DNA of 64,000 nucleotides from Vicugna vicugna (taxonomy: Eukaryota): the NCBI GenBank assembly GCA_013265495.1, contig MU058221.1:2542001-2606000 (forward strand), given 5' to 3'. Under the pieces are notes generated by a model. The model was given only the letters and a program-made list of their open reading frames with translations, was not told where the DNA came from and searched no databases. This document shows, piece after piece, positions 49,516-62,105 of this stretch; within the stretch, counting starts at the first letter, position 1; the number at the start of each line of letters is the position of its first letter. Made by a program: the position numbers and the translations under genes.

Positions 49516-50006
49516 TGTTACCAAACCCAACTTGGGTCCACTCGCCTGCGCGTGGTAAAGCCAAGCGTCTCACGCTGGGCTGCGGTGAAGGAAACTGCAG
49601 CGTTGACTGCAGGTGCCAGGCGAAGAGTCCAGGACAGCTAGTGCTCAAAAGATCCGAACTCCCTGGTGGGTTTCAGCCAAGCATTTGTAAAAGCCCAGCG
49701 AGGGAGGGGCGTCCCAGGGTCTGTGATCAGCTCGTGCACAGTTCTCTGATTGGCTGATGGTGACATGACAAGAAGATGTCACAGGGGTTAATGTTATCAG
49801 TCCTGAGGCACCAGCAGGTTAGGGGCTATGTGCCCAAGACCATCAGGTAGCTGACTTCTTCCGTTTGGTGGGGGTTTTCGCAGCTGTAAAGCAGCTCAGG
49901 AAATGCATCAGATACTGTCACCTGGGTGCTTCAGACAGGAGCTGTAGAGAGGGTGTCGGGGAGGGGCCCGTCCCGGGAAGGCCCCATAAGGTCTTGCTCG
50001 ACTGCA
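49516..50006 (-). mobile_element. ERV solo LTR, family B (related to 59672-60155 and 61391-61845)
   Basis: TG...CA ends; shared gatcagctcgtgcaca..tctctgattgg and ctcaggaaat...tgcttcaga...ggaaggcccc...tgctc blocks. Confidence 0.85.
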
Positions 50007-51459
50007 AAATGACATCCCTTTTCGGTGACTGTTTTCATCTTTTCTGTTTCTGGTCAGGAATTAATTATCTATCTACAAACATGAAATGGTTTGAAGAAAA
50101 TCTGTGAAATTTCAATTGACTCAACTCAGCCCTTTGTTTCTAACGTATGAAATTCAAGGGACCACGTCAAAGCCAGTCGGAGAGCAGCTTTCTGTCAACG
50201 ACTTGTTTCTGTTTTGTTTGTGCGGCCAGCACACGTGTGAACGGAGCAGAACTCCTTGCCCTCTGAGAGCTTGCATTTAGTGGTTGCGAAAAAAACCTTG
50301 TCAAATTTGGCAGTAGGTTTTTTTTTTAAACGATTTTTACATGACTTTTTCAAAGTTCATTGAATCTTTTGTCTGCATCGTGATAGTCCTTTTTTTAAAA
50401 TCTTTAATTTATTATCTTCTTCATAGAGTTTCTAAGATCGTTTTGGCCTGTTGGTACTTTAAAACAAAAAGCTCTCTAAATATGATGAACATAAGATTGC
50501 AAAACTGCTTTCCTAAATGAAAAACTTATACTTTACCATTGTAATCTGAGAGGAAATAATGGTTTAATTGGTTTTTCGATGAAAAGATTTCTGCAATCAG
50601 CCTGTGTTTGTAATGGCATTTATAAAACAATTTTCCCCCTCCAGTAGCATTGTAATTAAGACTTTGAACAAAATTGTGAGGGGAGGAGTTCATCGTTTCC
50701 CGCGGCCCGCTGTGCTGGCCTCCCCCTCGGGGCTCCGTGTCATGGCACCGGCCTTGCACTGATGCCCGCTAATTGTGTTTCGCTTCCTTCAATTAAGCTG
50801 ACAGGGAACTTGAATTGCTGTCACTTACCTCATTGATTTGAAAGGTGGCAGGATTAGAGTGTGGCATTTCTTGCACAGAGCACTTCACATCCCAAGCAGA
50901 TACCCCACTGCAGGGAAGACAGCCCTGCAGGGGAGGCCCGGAGACTTCCCTGTTCTGGCCTCACCTCCCGGGCAGTGGAAGGCCTGAGTCAGAAAGGTCA
51001 CAGAGAGCAGCCTGCTCGGCGATGGCTTCCCCGTGGACTCCTCTGAACGGCTGTTCCTCGAGATGTGAAGGCATCTGACGGTGGAAAGATGTTTTTGCAG
51101 GTCCATAGATGTTGGAGAAGCAGGGTTGAATCAAGTTATGCAGGTTTCTTTAAGTGGCACTCAGGGACTTCATTCTTTCATTGTAATTAAAAAAAAAACA
51201 GTGTGGTTATGATGGATGTGTGCAGGGGGAGGAATATGAAGTATTTCACAAACACATTAGAGAATTTTGGAGGCAAATCCAAGACATGGTAACTGCAGCC
51301 ACCTTTGGAGATTTGGAGATCTAGACGTTGAGGACCACCACACGCTGAGGGTGACTCTCAACCCTGGTGGTAGTGATGGAACCACTAGCATTACGTGGGA
51401 TTACCTAAGGGTGGTTCAGCCTTTAAAAATACCTCTTCGAGTCTCCTTCCTTGTCCCTC

Positions 51460-52000
51460 TGTAAGCAGCTAGGGTAGGGCGTCCCTGGAGAAGAAGGAAC
51501 CAGGCATGACTTTCTTGACATAAGAGAAGCCATTTTTGGCTGACGCCGTTTGGTGATCTCAGCCTGGCCCCAACGCTTGCCTTGAACAGGTCTCAGTAAT
51601 TAATGATCTTGAGGGAACAAAAGAACACGTGACTGCTGTCAGGCAAGAGGAGTAACAAGATCAAAGATGATGTGTCAGTGGTGAAGTCTCCCGGGTCTGT
51701 GTCAGTGGTAAAGATGGGCCTGAAGTGCTCAGCCACCAGGTCAGCCGGAACCTGAGGGCTGATGATGTTGACTTTTTCTGATCCCCGTGACTTCAGTAAA
51801 TAAGAGCTTGGACTCTGTCCACCACCCAGGCCCCTTCATGAGTATGCATTATACCTTTAGCTTAAACCTTCCCCAGGTTAGCTGTTCAGGGAGACGCCGC
51901 TTTGGGTAAGATCTCCGGCATTCTCCTTACTTGTAATAATAAGTCCTTCCTTCTCCCAGTCTTTGGCTTGCTTGTGTCTCAGGGCAAGAGCATGAAACCC
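51460..52000 (+). mobile_element. ERV solo LTR (3' end approximate)
   Basis: Starts TGTAAG; gccattttt, TATA-like cttaaa, R-region-like gggagac...tctccttactt...aataataag. Confidence 0.6.
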
Positions 52001-53559
52001 TGGTGAACTGGGGAATCCACAGGCTTGCCTGAGTGTCGGAGCTTCCACTGACCGGTCTCAGGAACAGAGGCAAATTTCACACAGCCTCTGAAATGTCCGC
52101 GGGTGCAGCAAAAGGAGCTAGACGGTACCTTGTTTCAGGATTACTGTGGAAGTGAGAGGTCAGCTGTGTGAGTCACCTGGACCGTAGCAGACACACATTT
52201 AATGGCAGCACTTTTTTTTTTATTATTTTAAGATTTTTAAGACTTTATTACATTTTCTTTGCCAGCAGCTACACTCTGACCAATATCTAGATGCAAATTG
52301 GAAAAATTATCTGAGCATTCAGCTGTTTACAAACAGCTTAACGCTTGATAAGAGCCAGCATTATGATCAACGGCATTTTTTTTCGCTTTCATCTCCCACT
52401 TGGGGTGGTGTGAAAGAGGTTTTTGGGTGCTGGAATGATACAGGTTTTTTTCACAAAGAGGTAAAGATGCAGCATCAATCAGCCCCTTCAACCAAACAGG
52501 AATAATATTCTCCTCTCTGAGTTTTTTCATCCTTCAGCTGAGTAGGATGTAGGAAATCATAGCATCTGCTCTGCTGGGTTTCCCACCAACTTGTTGAGAT
52601 GGGATTGTGTTTAAACGTGACTTTCAGCAGTTGAGTTCCAAGGTATTTATCAGTTTCCTCAGCCTGTCATCATCATAACTTGAATTCCAGGTTACCACAT
52701 AAATTCTTGCAAAGCTGACTTCTAAAGACTTGACACTTCATGCAAAGCCATATTCCTGTGGGCAGGTTTCACTCAGTATGGGTTTAGAGTTTGAACCTCA
52801 GGGGCCATATCAATGTCACAGGCACATATTTGCATTTAAATCCTGAATGTCCCACGCCCTGTCTGCATGATCTGTACCCTTTTGGACCTTTAGCATCTGC
52901 AGATAGAGATTTGTTACAGGCTGTTCCCAGGATTCAACTGAAATAATGCACAGAAAAGGAGTTCATAACCTGTGAGATGCTCCCCATGTTTCTGTCAGTT
53001 TGATTATAAATCAGTTGCAGTAACAGGGTGTGCTCAGAGCAGGAGCTGTATCACACTGTACTTCCAATCCCCCATCGTGTCATCTTCTTTCTATAAATTT
53101 TCATATGCATGTGCTAAGATTGGAGAATTCACAACACTGTACACAGATCCTACTTTTTAAACCACTTTGTGTCAATTTAGCAAGCAGGCTAATTTGGGGG
53201 TAAAAAGTAAACAAAAAAAGGGCTTCTGAAAGTATCGATCAGCGTGATGGCCTATTTCAGGCAAGGATTTGTTTTTTAAGGCACTTCCACGATCCAGATG
53301 GTTTGGGTGATGTCAGATTCTCCTCTGGGGACAGCAAACTCCAAATTTAGGGGCATTTTCCAAGTTTCACTAAGTCTCCTTAGCAGCCCGTTTTGTATTG
53401 GTGACTGCCTGATGGTCTTGCCAGAGCTGGGGGCAAGAATTGGGAACACAGATAGATCGACTGATCGACAGATAGGTACTGATGTATCAACTCCAGAACA
53501 GAGAGCGATGGTAGGAGAACTAGCAGAATATTATTACCAATAATTTCTGTGCAGGAAGG

Positions 53560-53563
<4 letters not shown>

Positions 53564-53596
<33 letters not shown>
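53564..53596. repeat. (TG)n microsatellite
   Basis: Uninterrupted TG run. Confidence 0.97.
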
Positions 53597-53597
<1 letters not shown>

Positions 53598-54079
53598 CAG
53601 AGCATAGGGGAATCTTTCCTATTTTACTTTATTTGACCTGTTCAAAATATTTAACTAACATATTATCTTGCAATTTAAAAAACGATTTGTAGAAATGTTG
53701 AGAAAAAAATATATCCATGCTAAGGTTCAGTCAGTGCTGATTCACTGACGATTAGTCAGAAGGCTGGTATGTTACCTTAAACAAGGATGACTTACAGTTG
53801 GAGGGGAAAAAAGAAACTTAGAAATTATCTAGTCTTGACATCTTGCTTTAGGGATAAGAAGGCTGGGATCTAACACAGTTCATGGACCTACTTGATCTCC
53901 CAGAAAGACAAAGAAGCAACATGAGAAATAAGATGCGATAACCTGACTTCTCACTGTGCCTCGCAGGCCCTGACTTGTGCGGATTACAAAGCAAAAGGAA
54001 TGTGATAGGCACTCGGTAAATTCCTATTGCTCGTCCAAAATGTGGCCAGTTCTGATTTCAGCAGTCATCGGTGGTGGTC

Positions 54080-54700
54080 ATTCATCAGCCAGTACCTATC
54101 AAATATCAACTGAGTACCAGGGAGCGCAAGCAGTCGTGATACAGAGATAAGGGTGACTTTCTCGTAGTATGAGTGGCACAGACACACGAACCTGCAACTT
54201 TAGGATGGAAAGAACCATTAGTAGAAGGATGGTGAAGTGCAGTGTGAGCACATGCAGGGACGAGCAGCTGACGTCTGAGGGCATCAGGGGTTCTTTAGAG
54301 GAGATGACATTTGAAGGGCGTCTTCAATAGGCAAGTGAAGAGCACAGGGGAGGTGTTGCGAGCTTCATCATGGTGATCAATGTTATCGAACAGAATGTTG
54401 GAAGGAATATAGGCATTGAGAATGCCATGTGGGAGAGCCCAGAGGCATGAACGCATGGTTGGTTCCAGGAATATTGACTAATACATGAGGTTGTGTTGGG
54501 GGTGGGAGATAAGGTTGGAGAGCCAAAGTGAGGTCAAATTGGCCAGGACCTTCTTGGACATTATCTTGTAGGTGTTAGGTTGACATGAGATTTTTGGCAG
54601 TAACGCGTGCATTATTAAATATCACAAGCAGATAATGGCTTGGGTTTTCACACAGCAAATCTGATGGTATAAAATGACATAGAGTAGCTGGCCTGGTAAC
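54080..54700 (-). mobile_element. L2 fragment
   Basis: cattcatc...aaatatcaactgagtacc...tagaggagatgacatttgaag...agataaggttggagag. Confidence 0.65.
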
Positions 54701-55192
54701 TTTTCAGCTCAGGACATAATGGGACTAGTAGTACGGGGGTCATAAAACTTGTCATCCAAATTGGGGCACTTTGGAGAGTAAAGGGAGACGTTTTTATGAA
54801 TTATGCTGGGACAGTGGAAGCAGACTGGAAGGCACCATCACACTTGCTGTGAATCGTGAGGTGAGCTGCCTCGTTCTACGGATGGCAGTGAGTTGGCAGG
54901 TGGGTGAATGGGCAGCCCTGGAGGCCAGGCCAGCCTGCAGACTCACGATGACAGGACAGACGCTGCAGAATCCCAGAGCCTCTCCGGTAGAACCCCTGCG
55001 CGTCGCTCTAAACCAGGTTCCAAGTTAAACTGTTTCAGTGGTGCGTTTACTTAGCGTCTCCAACTGTGAGTCCCAAATGTGAGTCGTGTTTTGTTATTGC
55101 TGTTCTCTTAATCTCTGAGTACGTTAGCCCTCATGGAGCGAAATTTTCTCTTTCTTAAAATGTCTCCATTCCTAAAGGATTAGCCAGACCTG

Positions 55193-55458
55193 GAGGTGGG
55201 GGGAGAGGAGGATAAGTTAGGAGTTTGGGATTAACATATACACACTACTGTATACAAAACAGATAAACAACAAGGACGTGCTGTAGAACACGGGGGACTA
55301 TATTCAATATTTTGCAATAATCTATGATGGAAAAGATTTTGAAAAAGAATCTGTATCTGTCTCTCTGTATATATGTATAAATGAATCACTTTGCTGTAGA
55401 CTTGAAACTAGTACAACACTGTAAATCAATTATATTTCAATAAAAAAAGCAAAAAAAA
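55193..55458 (+). mobile_element. Short L1 3' end #1
   Basis: gataagttaggagtttgggattaacatatacacactactgtata...tgaatcactttgctgta...ttcaataaaaaaa. Confidence 0.92.
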
Positions 55459-55467
55459 AAGAATTAG

Positions 55468-55712
55468 TGGATGGGGAGGGATAAACTGGGATACACACTA
55501 CTATATATAGAACCGATAAACAACAGGGTCCTACTGTATAGTACAGGGAGCTAAATTCAATATCTTATAATGGCCTTTAATGAAAAAGAATATGAAAAGG
55601 AATATATATGTGTATAAATGAATCACTGTGCTGTACACCAGAAATTAACACAACTTTGCAGATGGACTATTTCAATTTAAAAAAATGTTTTTAATATAGC
55701 GAAGAAAAAAAT
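55468..55712 (+). mobile_element. Short L1 3' end #2, inserted at the tail/TSD of #1
   Basis: ggggagggataaactggg...tgaatcactgtgctgtacaccagaaattaacacaac; flanked by AAGAATTWG. Confidence 0.9.
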
Positions 55713-56084
55713 AAGAATTTGCCAGACTTGAGTTTCCATCCCAGGTCAGACCCTGAAACTCCCATCCTTCTCTCGAAACATTGAACAAGCTCATTTCTAA
55801 ACGTCTTTGAGCACGTCTGTAAAGGGGTCCACATAAGGGCCTTCTGTAAAGAATAAATAAGCAAGCAAAGTCTAGTGTTTAACACAGAATAGAAACCGGG
55901 TAAGTAATTATAGTGTGCCTTTGTTTTATATCTCTTCGTTGAGAAAGCAGTTTCATTTCTGTTTTCCTTTTTACCACCGCCCCCGGTGTATTTGGGTCCC
56001 GTCATGTGCACTGCATCTGGACCACGGAACTTACCTTTTTTGCATGGTAACAGCTTATAGAATTGACCCCTCTTACTCCGTGGG

Positions 56085-56788
56085 CCAGTAGTACTCAGTG
56101 GGGGCCGTTTCCTCCCCCGTGTCCAGACATCTGCCAGTGCCTGGAGATGTTTTTGGTTGTCACAGCTGAAGGGGGTGTCACTACTGGCATCTAGCTGGTA
56201 GAGGCCAAGGTTGCTGCTGTGAACAAAAAATACTGCAAACCACATCAGCAAACAGAGAACGCTGAAGCCATCAGGCCATCAGCGGCTGCCCCACCCCCCC
56301 AGTGAGGACCAGCCCGCAGCCCGGCCTCTGCAGCCACTCACCATGGCGCCCCCTGAGGGGACTCAGAGCAAGAAAGGACAGGACGCTGGCCCTAGACAGC
56401 CAGGTGCTTGTCAAAGGAGTGGATTTAGTGAGCCCAAATGTTTGCTCCCTCCCATACACAGAAAAGCGCTAAACTCTTTCACTCGAGGTGCCTGGTTTTC
56501 TTTAGATAACAAGCCATCTTTTATTGTTCGGACTACCCGGTCTTTGCTGTGAAGCTCCTGTGTATCCCAGCCCCTCCCCTACCTCTTGGGAGCAGCCCCT
56601 CAGGGCCATCTGAGAGGCTGTCATCCCGGCTCGAGTTCTCCGGCCAAAGAAAACATAACTCAACTTTTAGGCTGCGCATTTACCCCCGCTGACACCGCGA
56701 GGTCCCCTACGGAGCACAGGGCAGACTTCGCGGCTAGAATGAACTGGCCCTCGATGAAGACAGCGCTTTGGGTGGGGAGCCGTCCTCT
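56085..56788 (+). mobile_element. MER20 hAT-Charlie element split by an LTR
   Basis: ctggagatgtttttggttgtcacagctg...ctactggcatctagctggtagaggccaaggttgctgc (to 56217); resumes at 56695. Confidence 0.85.
56218..56694 (+). mobile_element. ERV1-class solo LTR, family A
   Basis: TGT...ACA ends, 4-bp TSD CTGC/CCGC; reverse-complement homologue of 58830-59327. Confidence 0.9.
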
Positions 56789-57432
56789 GGACTGTAGCTC
56801 TGCAGGCAGTGAGCAGAGCCGCTGTGTGCCCGCGCCGGGCCTGTGGCCGCCATGTGCATCGCGATGTTCACTGGTGGAGGCGCTGCATCGGCCTGCAAGG
56901 TCCCTCCCTCCTTTCAGTCAGTGGCCTGCTTGAAGTCCTCGCTACGTTAAGCTGGAACGCTGAGAGGGACACCCGCAAAAAAAAAAAAAAAAGGTTAGCA
57001 ATCAAGGAATAGGCATCGTACAGCTACTTAAATATTTTATTTAGGCTTCTTAGTCAAGAGCACCTGCAAGCTCTCATTTCGAGGACAAATAGTTACCTTT
57101 TTATCTGAATGACCTGCGAGAGCATGAGACTAGATTGGCTGTTTTGTAAAATGGAAACGGGCAAGGGCCCACCAGGAAGATGGCCTGACTTGGGTTACTT
57201 CTCTCTCTTTGGCTCTATTTTTGCATCTGATCGCTGCCAGTTTTTAACAAGAGCTGCAGGACTCTTCTGTCAGAGCAGGCAGACAGCTAGATGTGAGCAG
57301 AGAGAGGGGGAATGTAGACCAAATGGCAGGACCTGGGCAGAAAGGAGGGGCACAGGCCAAATGCAGGAAACTGCACATCGTGTGAGCACCAGGGGTCCCT
57401 GGGCAGAGAAGGAAAAGCAGGAACCTCTGGGC

Positions 57433-57917
57433 TGATAAGGGGCCACACCTTTTGGGGTGATGAGTGGCCTGGAGGCCAACAAAGAAAGGTGGGAAAAGGA
57501 AGGAGTTTCTGGTGTCCGAATGTAACCTTTTGCTCATTATTTCAATCAAAATAGCCTTGCAGAGTAGAAGTACCCATCATGCACCGACACCATGACATTT
57601 CTGATCCAGACTAAATAAGGACAAAATCCCTCCTCCCTTTGGGACGGTGCAGTTGGGATGATAATCAGGGAATATGAACCCAAACCCGTCCCTCCCCAGT
57701 GAATATTCCACCCATTCATTTTTACACCGTATGTGACCAATTTGCCAAAGAAACTCAGGGCGGCTGCTCCCCTGAGCCTGCCCGCCCTCCCCCTGAGAGT
57801 GTCCTGTCCATCCCTTAATAAATCCCCACTTTACTTTGTTAACCACAGTGTCTTGTCTCTGAATTCTTTCTGGGATGGCGGGACGAGAACCTGGAGCACC
57901 AGTTGCATCCACCAGCA
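57433..57917 (+). mobile_element. ERV solo LTR (boundaries approximate)
   Basis: TG start, gaatattccacccattc, poly(A) signal cttAATAAAt, U5-like gtcttgtctctgaattctttct...gacgagaacc. Confidence 0.65.
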
Positions 57918-58388
57918 GCACCTAGAGGAGCTTGGGGGAAAAAAAAAAGCTGAGAAATCCCCGCTGACGTCCAGAGCAAGAGCTCCGCTCTGAGCCGGGA
58001 AGCCCGTTCTCCAGCTGTTGGGTGAGACAAGGCTCCTTCCTTCATCAGACGAACTGATGGGGATCAGCCTTGTGCTGTGAAGACGGAAGCGCTTTCTGAG
58101 AAATCAGTTAGGGTTTCTGGGCACAGTCACATCTTCCCTTCCGGCCCTCACCTCAGCTCCCTTGGACTTTCTGTTAGCCTGAGGCAGTAATTATTTTCAT
58201 AGGAAGTCAAAACCCTCAACAAATCATTACTTCGGTGTTTTCCGTGGCTCCTTGCATCTGTTTGCTGGGGCCGCCGTTGCAAAGGACCTCAGACTGGGAT
58301 TTGAACAGTGGAAATTTATTGTCTCACAGTTCTGGAGACTAGACGTCTGAGATCAAGGTGTCTGCAGGGTGGGTTTGCCCTGAGGCCC

Positions 58389-59480
58389 TGTGGCCGAAAG
58401 ATGGGCGTCCCCGACGAGCCTAATAATCCAGAGACAAGGTCTCGGAGCTTAAAAGAAAAGAGGCAGCTTTATTGCTTCGCTGGGCAAAGGGGACCCACAG
58501 CCGGCAAGTGCTTTCCAAACAGTGAGCCCCCCTTGCGGATGGGGTGGGATGGTTACACAGCCAGAGCTCAGACAATAAGGCATTGAAAACAGTCAACAGA
58601 ATCATCTTCTCATCAGAAGACCCAGAATGACGTCATGATGCCCCAGGCGACCCATTCTATAGAGGCCAGTGGTGGTCACTTTTTACATTTCTTTGTCTCC
58701 TGAGCTCTCAAGGCGCGGCCCTCCTGGTACTGAGCTTACTGTGTAAGGTGACGGTTCTGAGACCTTCTCCCTGGAGATCGACTCAGAGACCAAGCATGAC
58801 TGTAGCTTTTGATTCCTGGAATAAACTAGTGTTGACTGGAATAAATGCACAGCCTGCAAGTTGAGAGTTACGCTCATTCGGTGGACAATTCTGAGGACCC
58901 GAACCCCTTCGAGCCGGGATGACAGCCCCTCAGGTCGCTCTGAGGGGCTGCTCCCAAGAGGCAGGGGAGGGGCTGGGATACACAGGAGCTTTACAACACA
59001 GACCAGGGGGCTGGAACATTAAAAGGTTAATGTCTGTTATCTAAAGAGAACCAGGCATCTCAAGTTAAAGAATTTAGCGCTTTTCTATGTACGGGAGGGA
59101 GCAAGCATTTGGGCTCACTGAATCCATTCCTTTGACCAGCACTGAGCTGTCTAGGGCCAGCGTCCTGTCCTTTCTTGCTCTGAGTCCCCTCAGGGGGCAC
59201 CGTGGTGAGGGGCTGCAGAGGCCGGGCTGTGGGCTGGTCTTCCCTGGGGGGTGGGGCAGCCGCTGATGACTTGATGGCTCCAGCATTCTTTGCTTACTGA
59301 TGTGGTTTGCAGTATTTTTTGTTCACAGTAGAAACAGTAAGAGCAATAGCTTTAGTTTTAACAAGGAACCTGGAACTGTGAGTAGCAACTGGTCAGTCAG
59401 CTCAGCTGACGTTTTTCAGGGCGAGCAGAAGAGTAAGCGATGTGTTAGCCTAAGCGCGGCCATTTTATTAATCCTCCTCA
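58389..59480 (-). mobile_element. ERV solo LTR nested in MLT1, itself interrupted by 58830-59327
   Basis: TG...CA ends, GAGGCC repeated on both flanks, ctttattg (minus-strand AATAAA) near 58460. Confidence 0.7.
58830..59327 (-). mobile_element. ERV1-class solo LTR, family A
   Basis: TGT...ACA ends, TSD CTAG/GTAG; homologous to 56218-56694 in opposite orientation. Confidence 0.9.
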
Positions 59481-59671
59481 GAGGCCTTTCTCTCTGGCTT
59501 CTCCCTCATCCTCTTCCCTGTGTTTTTCTGCATTCTAATCTCTTCTTTAAAGACACCGATTGTTTGGATTAGGGCTCACTCTAATGACCTCACTTAACCT
59601 TAATTATCTCTTCAAAGATCCTCTCAAAATACCGTCCCCTTCTGAGGGACTAGAGGGTCAGGACTGCAACA

Positions 59672-60155
59672 TGTCACCGAAGGCAGTTCATGTGCCCACA
59701 GGACATGGAGGTCAAACAAACCAAAACGTCAGAGTTTGCAGCAGAGAAAGGTTTATGGCAGGGCTGAGCAAGGAAGATGGGGTGGCTCGTGCCCAAGAAA
59801 CCCCAAAATCCTCCAAGGGCTTCAGCAAAGTGTATTTAAAGGGCAGGTGAGGGAGGGGGCCACAGGGGACAGGATCAGCTGGTGCACAATCTCTGATTGG
59901 TTGATGTGGAGGGAACAGGGCGGTCAACATTGTTAACCCCCAGGCACCAGAAGGTCTGGGGGCCACATGCTCTCCATCGTTAAGTAGTTAATGTCTTCCC
60001 TTTGGTGGTGGTTTAGCATCTGAAACACTCAGGAAATATGCATGAGATACTATTATCTGGATGCTTCAGAGAGGAGGTGCAGCGGAGGACACTGGGGTGG
60101 GGGGTGGGGGGAGGGTCTGACCCTGGAAGGCCCCCCAGGGTCCTGCTCAGTTACA
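59672..60155 (-). mobile_element. ERV solo LTR, family B
   Basis: TGT...ACA ends, TSD AACA/AACG; reverse-complement homologue of 61391-61845. Confidence 0.9.
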
Positions 60156-61390
60156 AACGTAAGAATTTCTTCTTCTTCTTTTTTTTTTTTTGGTTGGAGG
60201 TCGGGGGCAAAATTCAGCTCATATCACACCTATACAGGGCTCAACATCAAGTAGGTCCTCAGGAAATACTTGTTTTTTTGACAGAGTGATCTGTTGTTCA
60301 GAGTCGGATGTGGTGGCCGAGCCCGGGGCACCAGAGATCACAGGTCGCCCAGGCTGGTGTGATCTGCAGCACGCGGAGTCCACCCTGGCTCAGGCCACCA
60401 CGGATGGAAGCCTGCTCTCCACCTGCTCTCCAGTGCCCGTGGGGAATCACTGAGTTTAAGAAGCCAAAGTCAGGCTAATTTATATTGTCTTTCATGCTGA
60501 TCGCCTTGTTAGTTCTTCCCTTTGTTTGCTCTTTGATTTCCACTTAGCAGGTCTTATTAATCTCAAGAGAAAGAAGGCCAGGAAAGGGTCGGGATGGCCC
60601 TAGAGAGAGGGCTGCGGTGGGAAGCCCTTCCAGGAGGCTCGGGGGCCTCTGCACCGGAAGGAAGAGAGGAGGCAGCTGGGTGCCCAGCCCGGGGTGGTGG
60701 GCCCGGCCCGTGCTTGTTTGCACGGGGGTGGGGGGGGGCAGACCACCCCGCCGCTGTGAGTTGAGCAGCAGTCTGCCTTCTGCGCAGGGGTGAACAGGAC
60801 TGGAGAAGCCGTCACCGGTGACTCATCCCCAAGTCAGACTTGGTGCTGCTTCACTCCAGACTGGAACCCCTCTTCTGGGCCCTGTCCCTGACTTCTCTGA
60901 CTACGTCCACGTCAGTAATGGTGCCTGCATAACAGTAACGGGGCCCCTGGCGCGATATTCTGTTCCTTCCGCGGGTCCTGCTTTTGGATCCAACGCACTG
61001 TGTGGTCCCCAAGCCCCGGGGTAAGGACTCAGCTACGTAAATATTTTGTTTTTCTTCTTTTTTCTTTTTTTTCTCCTCTTCTGTGTCGTTTGATTTCCAC
61101 CCCCTCTCTGTTTTTCGTTTAGTGCTGTGGATATGTATAACTTCTAATCCCAAATTCCAGATCGCTGGGTTTTCTGTGGGACCTGAGTTCACTTTTTAAC
61201 TCTGGTCTCCCTCCTCCAAACGCCCCGCAGAGGGTTCTAGGCTACTTACTGTCCTGTTTAGAGATCAGTTTTCTTATTTTCCAGAATGACAGTCAGTTTA
61301 TGTCATTGCTTCATTGGCGACCTGTGTGCCGGGTCCTGGACTTGGCAAAGCACTCGTACAAGTAAACCAGACAGAGGAAGTTACTAATCC

Positions 61391-61845
61391 TGTAACTGAG
61401 CAGGACCCTGGGGGGCCTTCCAGGGACAGACCCTCCCCGTGTCCTCTGCGGCAGCCTCTCTGAAGCACCCAGATAATAGTATCTCGTGCACATTTCCTGA
61501 GTGTTTCAGATGCTAAAACCCACCACCAAAGGGAAGACATTAACTGCTTGATGGTGGAGAGCACGTGGCCCCCAGACCTTCTAGGGTGTTGACCTCCCTG
61601 TTCCCTTGACATCAGCCAATCAGAGGACTGTGCACGAGCTGATCACACACCCTGAGACTCCCCCTCCCTGACCTGGCCTTTAAATACGCTTTGCTGACCC
61701 CTTCAGAGAGTTCGGGGTTTTCTTGGGCACGAGCCACCCTATCCTCCTTGCTCGGCCCTGCCATAAGCCCTTCTCTGCCCCACACTCCGTTTCGGTTTCT
61801 TTGGCCCCTCGGTGCATCGGGCCCAGGAACTCGCCTTCGGTAACA
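61391..61845 (+). mobile_element. ERV solo LTR, family B
   Basis: TGTAAC...GTAACA ends, CCAAT box (agccaatca) and TATA-like tttaaata. Confidence 0.9.
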
Positions 61846-62067
61846 GGCCCACGAAGTTGACAGTCTAATGGGAGAAACAGATGAACGGCCGGTAAGCAGA
61901 TCACGTACCTAAACGCTTTCTCAATTTTCTTAGTATTTTAGCGGGGGAAGTCTAGAGTCATTTTTCTTTTCTCTTCTTTTCTTTTTTCTTTTCTTTTTGT
62001 TTCATTTTCATGAGAGCTTGGAAGTCAGGGGGCAGCTACAGCCAAATCTGACTGTGGGACGTAGGGC

Positions 62068-62069
<2 letters not shown>

Positions 62070-62103
<34 letters not shown>
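62070..62103. repeat. (GT)n microsatellite
   Basis: Uninterrupted GT run. Confidence 0.97.

Positions 62104-62105
<2 letters not shown>

Larger units (their letters stand above)
58253..60228 (-). mobile_element. MLT1A/B-type MaLR LTR containing three nested LTR insertions
   Basis: Pieces 58253-58388 (gaaatttattgtctcacagttctggag), 59481-59671 (ggattagggctcactctaatgacctcacttaac) and 60156-60228 (aattcagctcatatcaca). Confidence 0.85.

Noticed and set aside
55691..56251. 186-aa minus-strand ORF
   Set aside because: Starts in an LTR and runs through MER20; a chance ORF.
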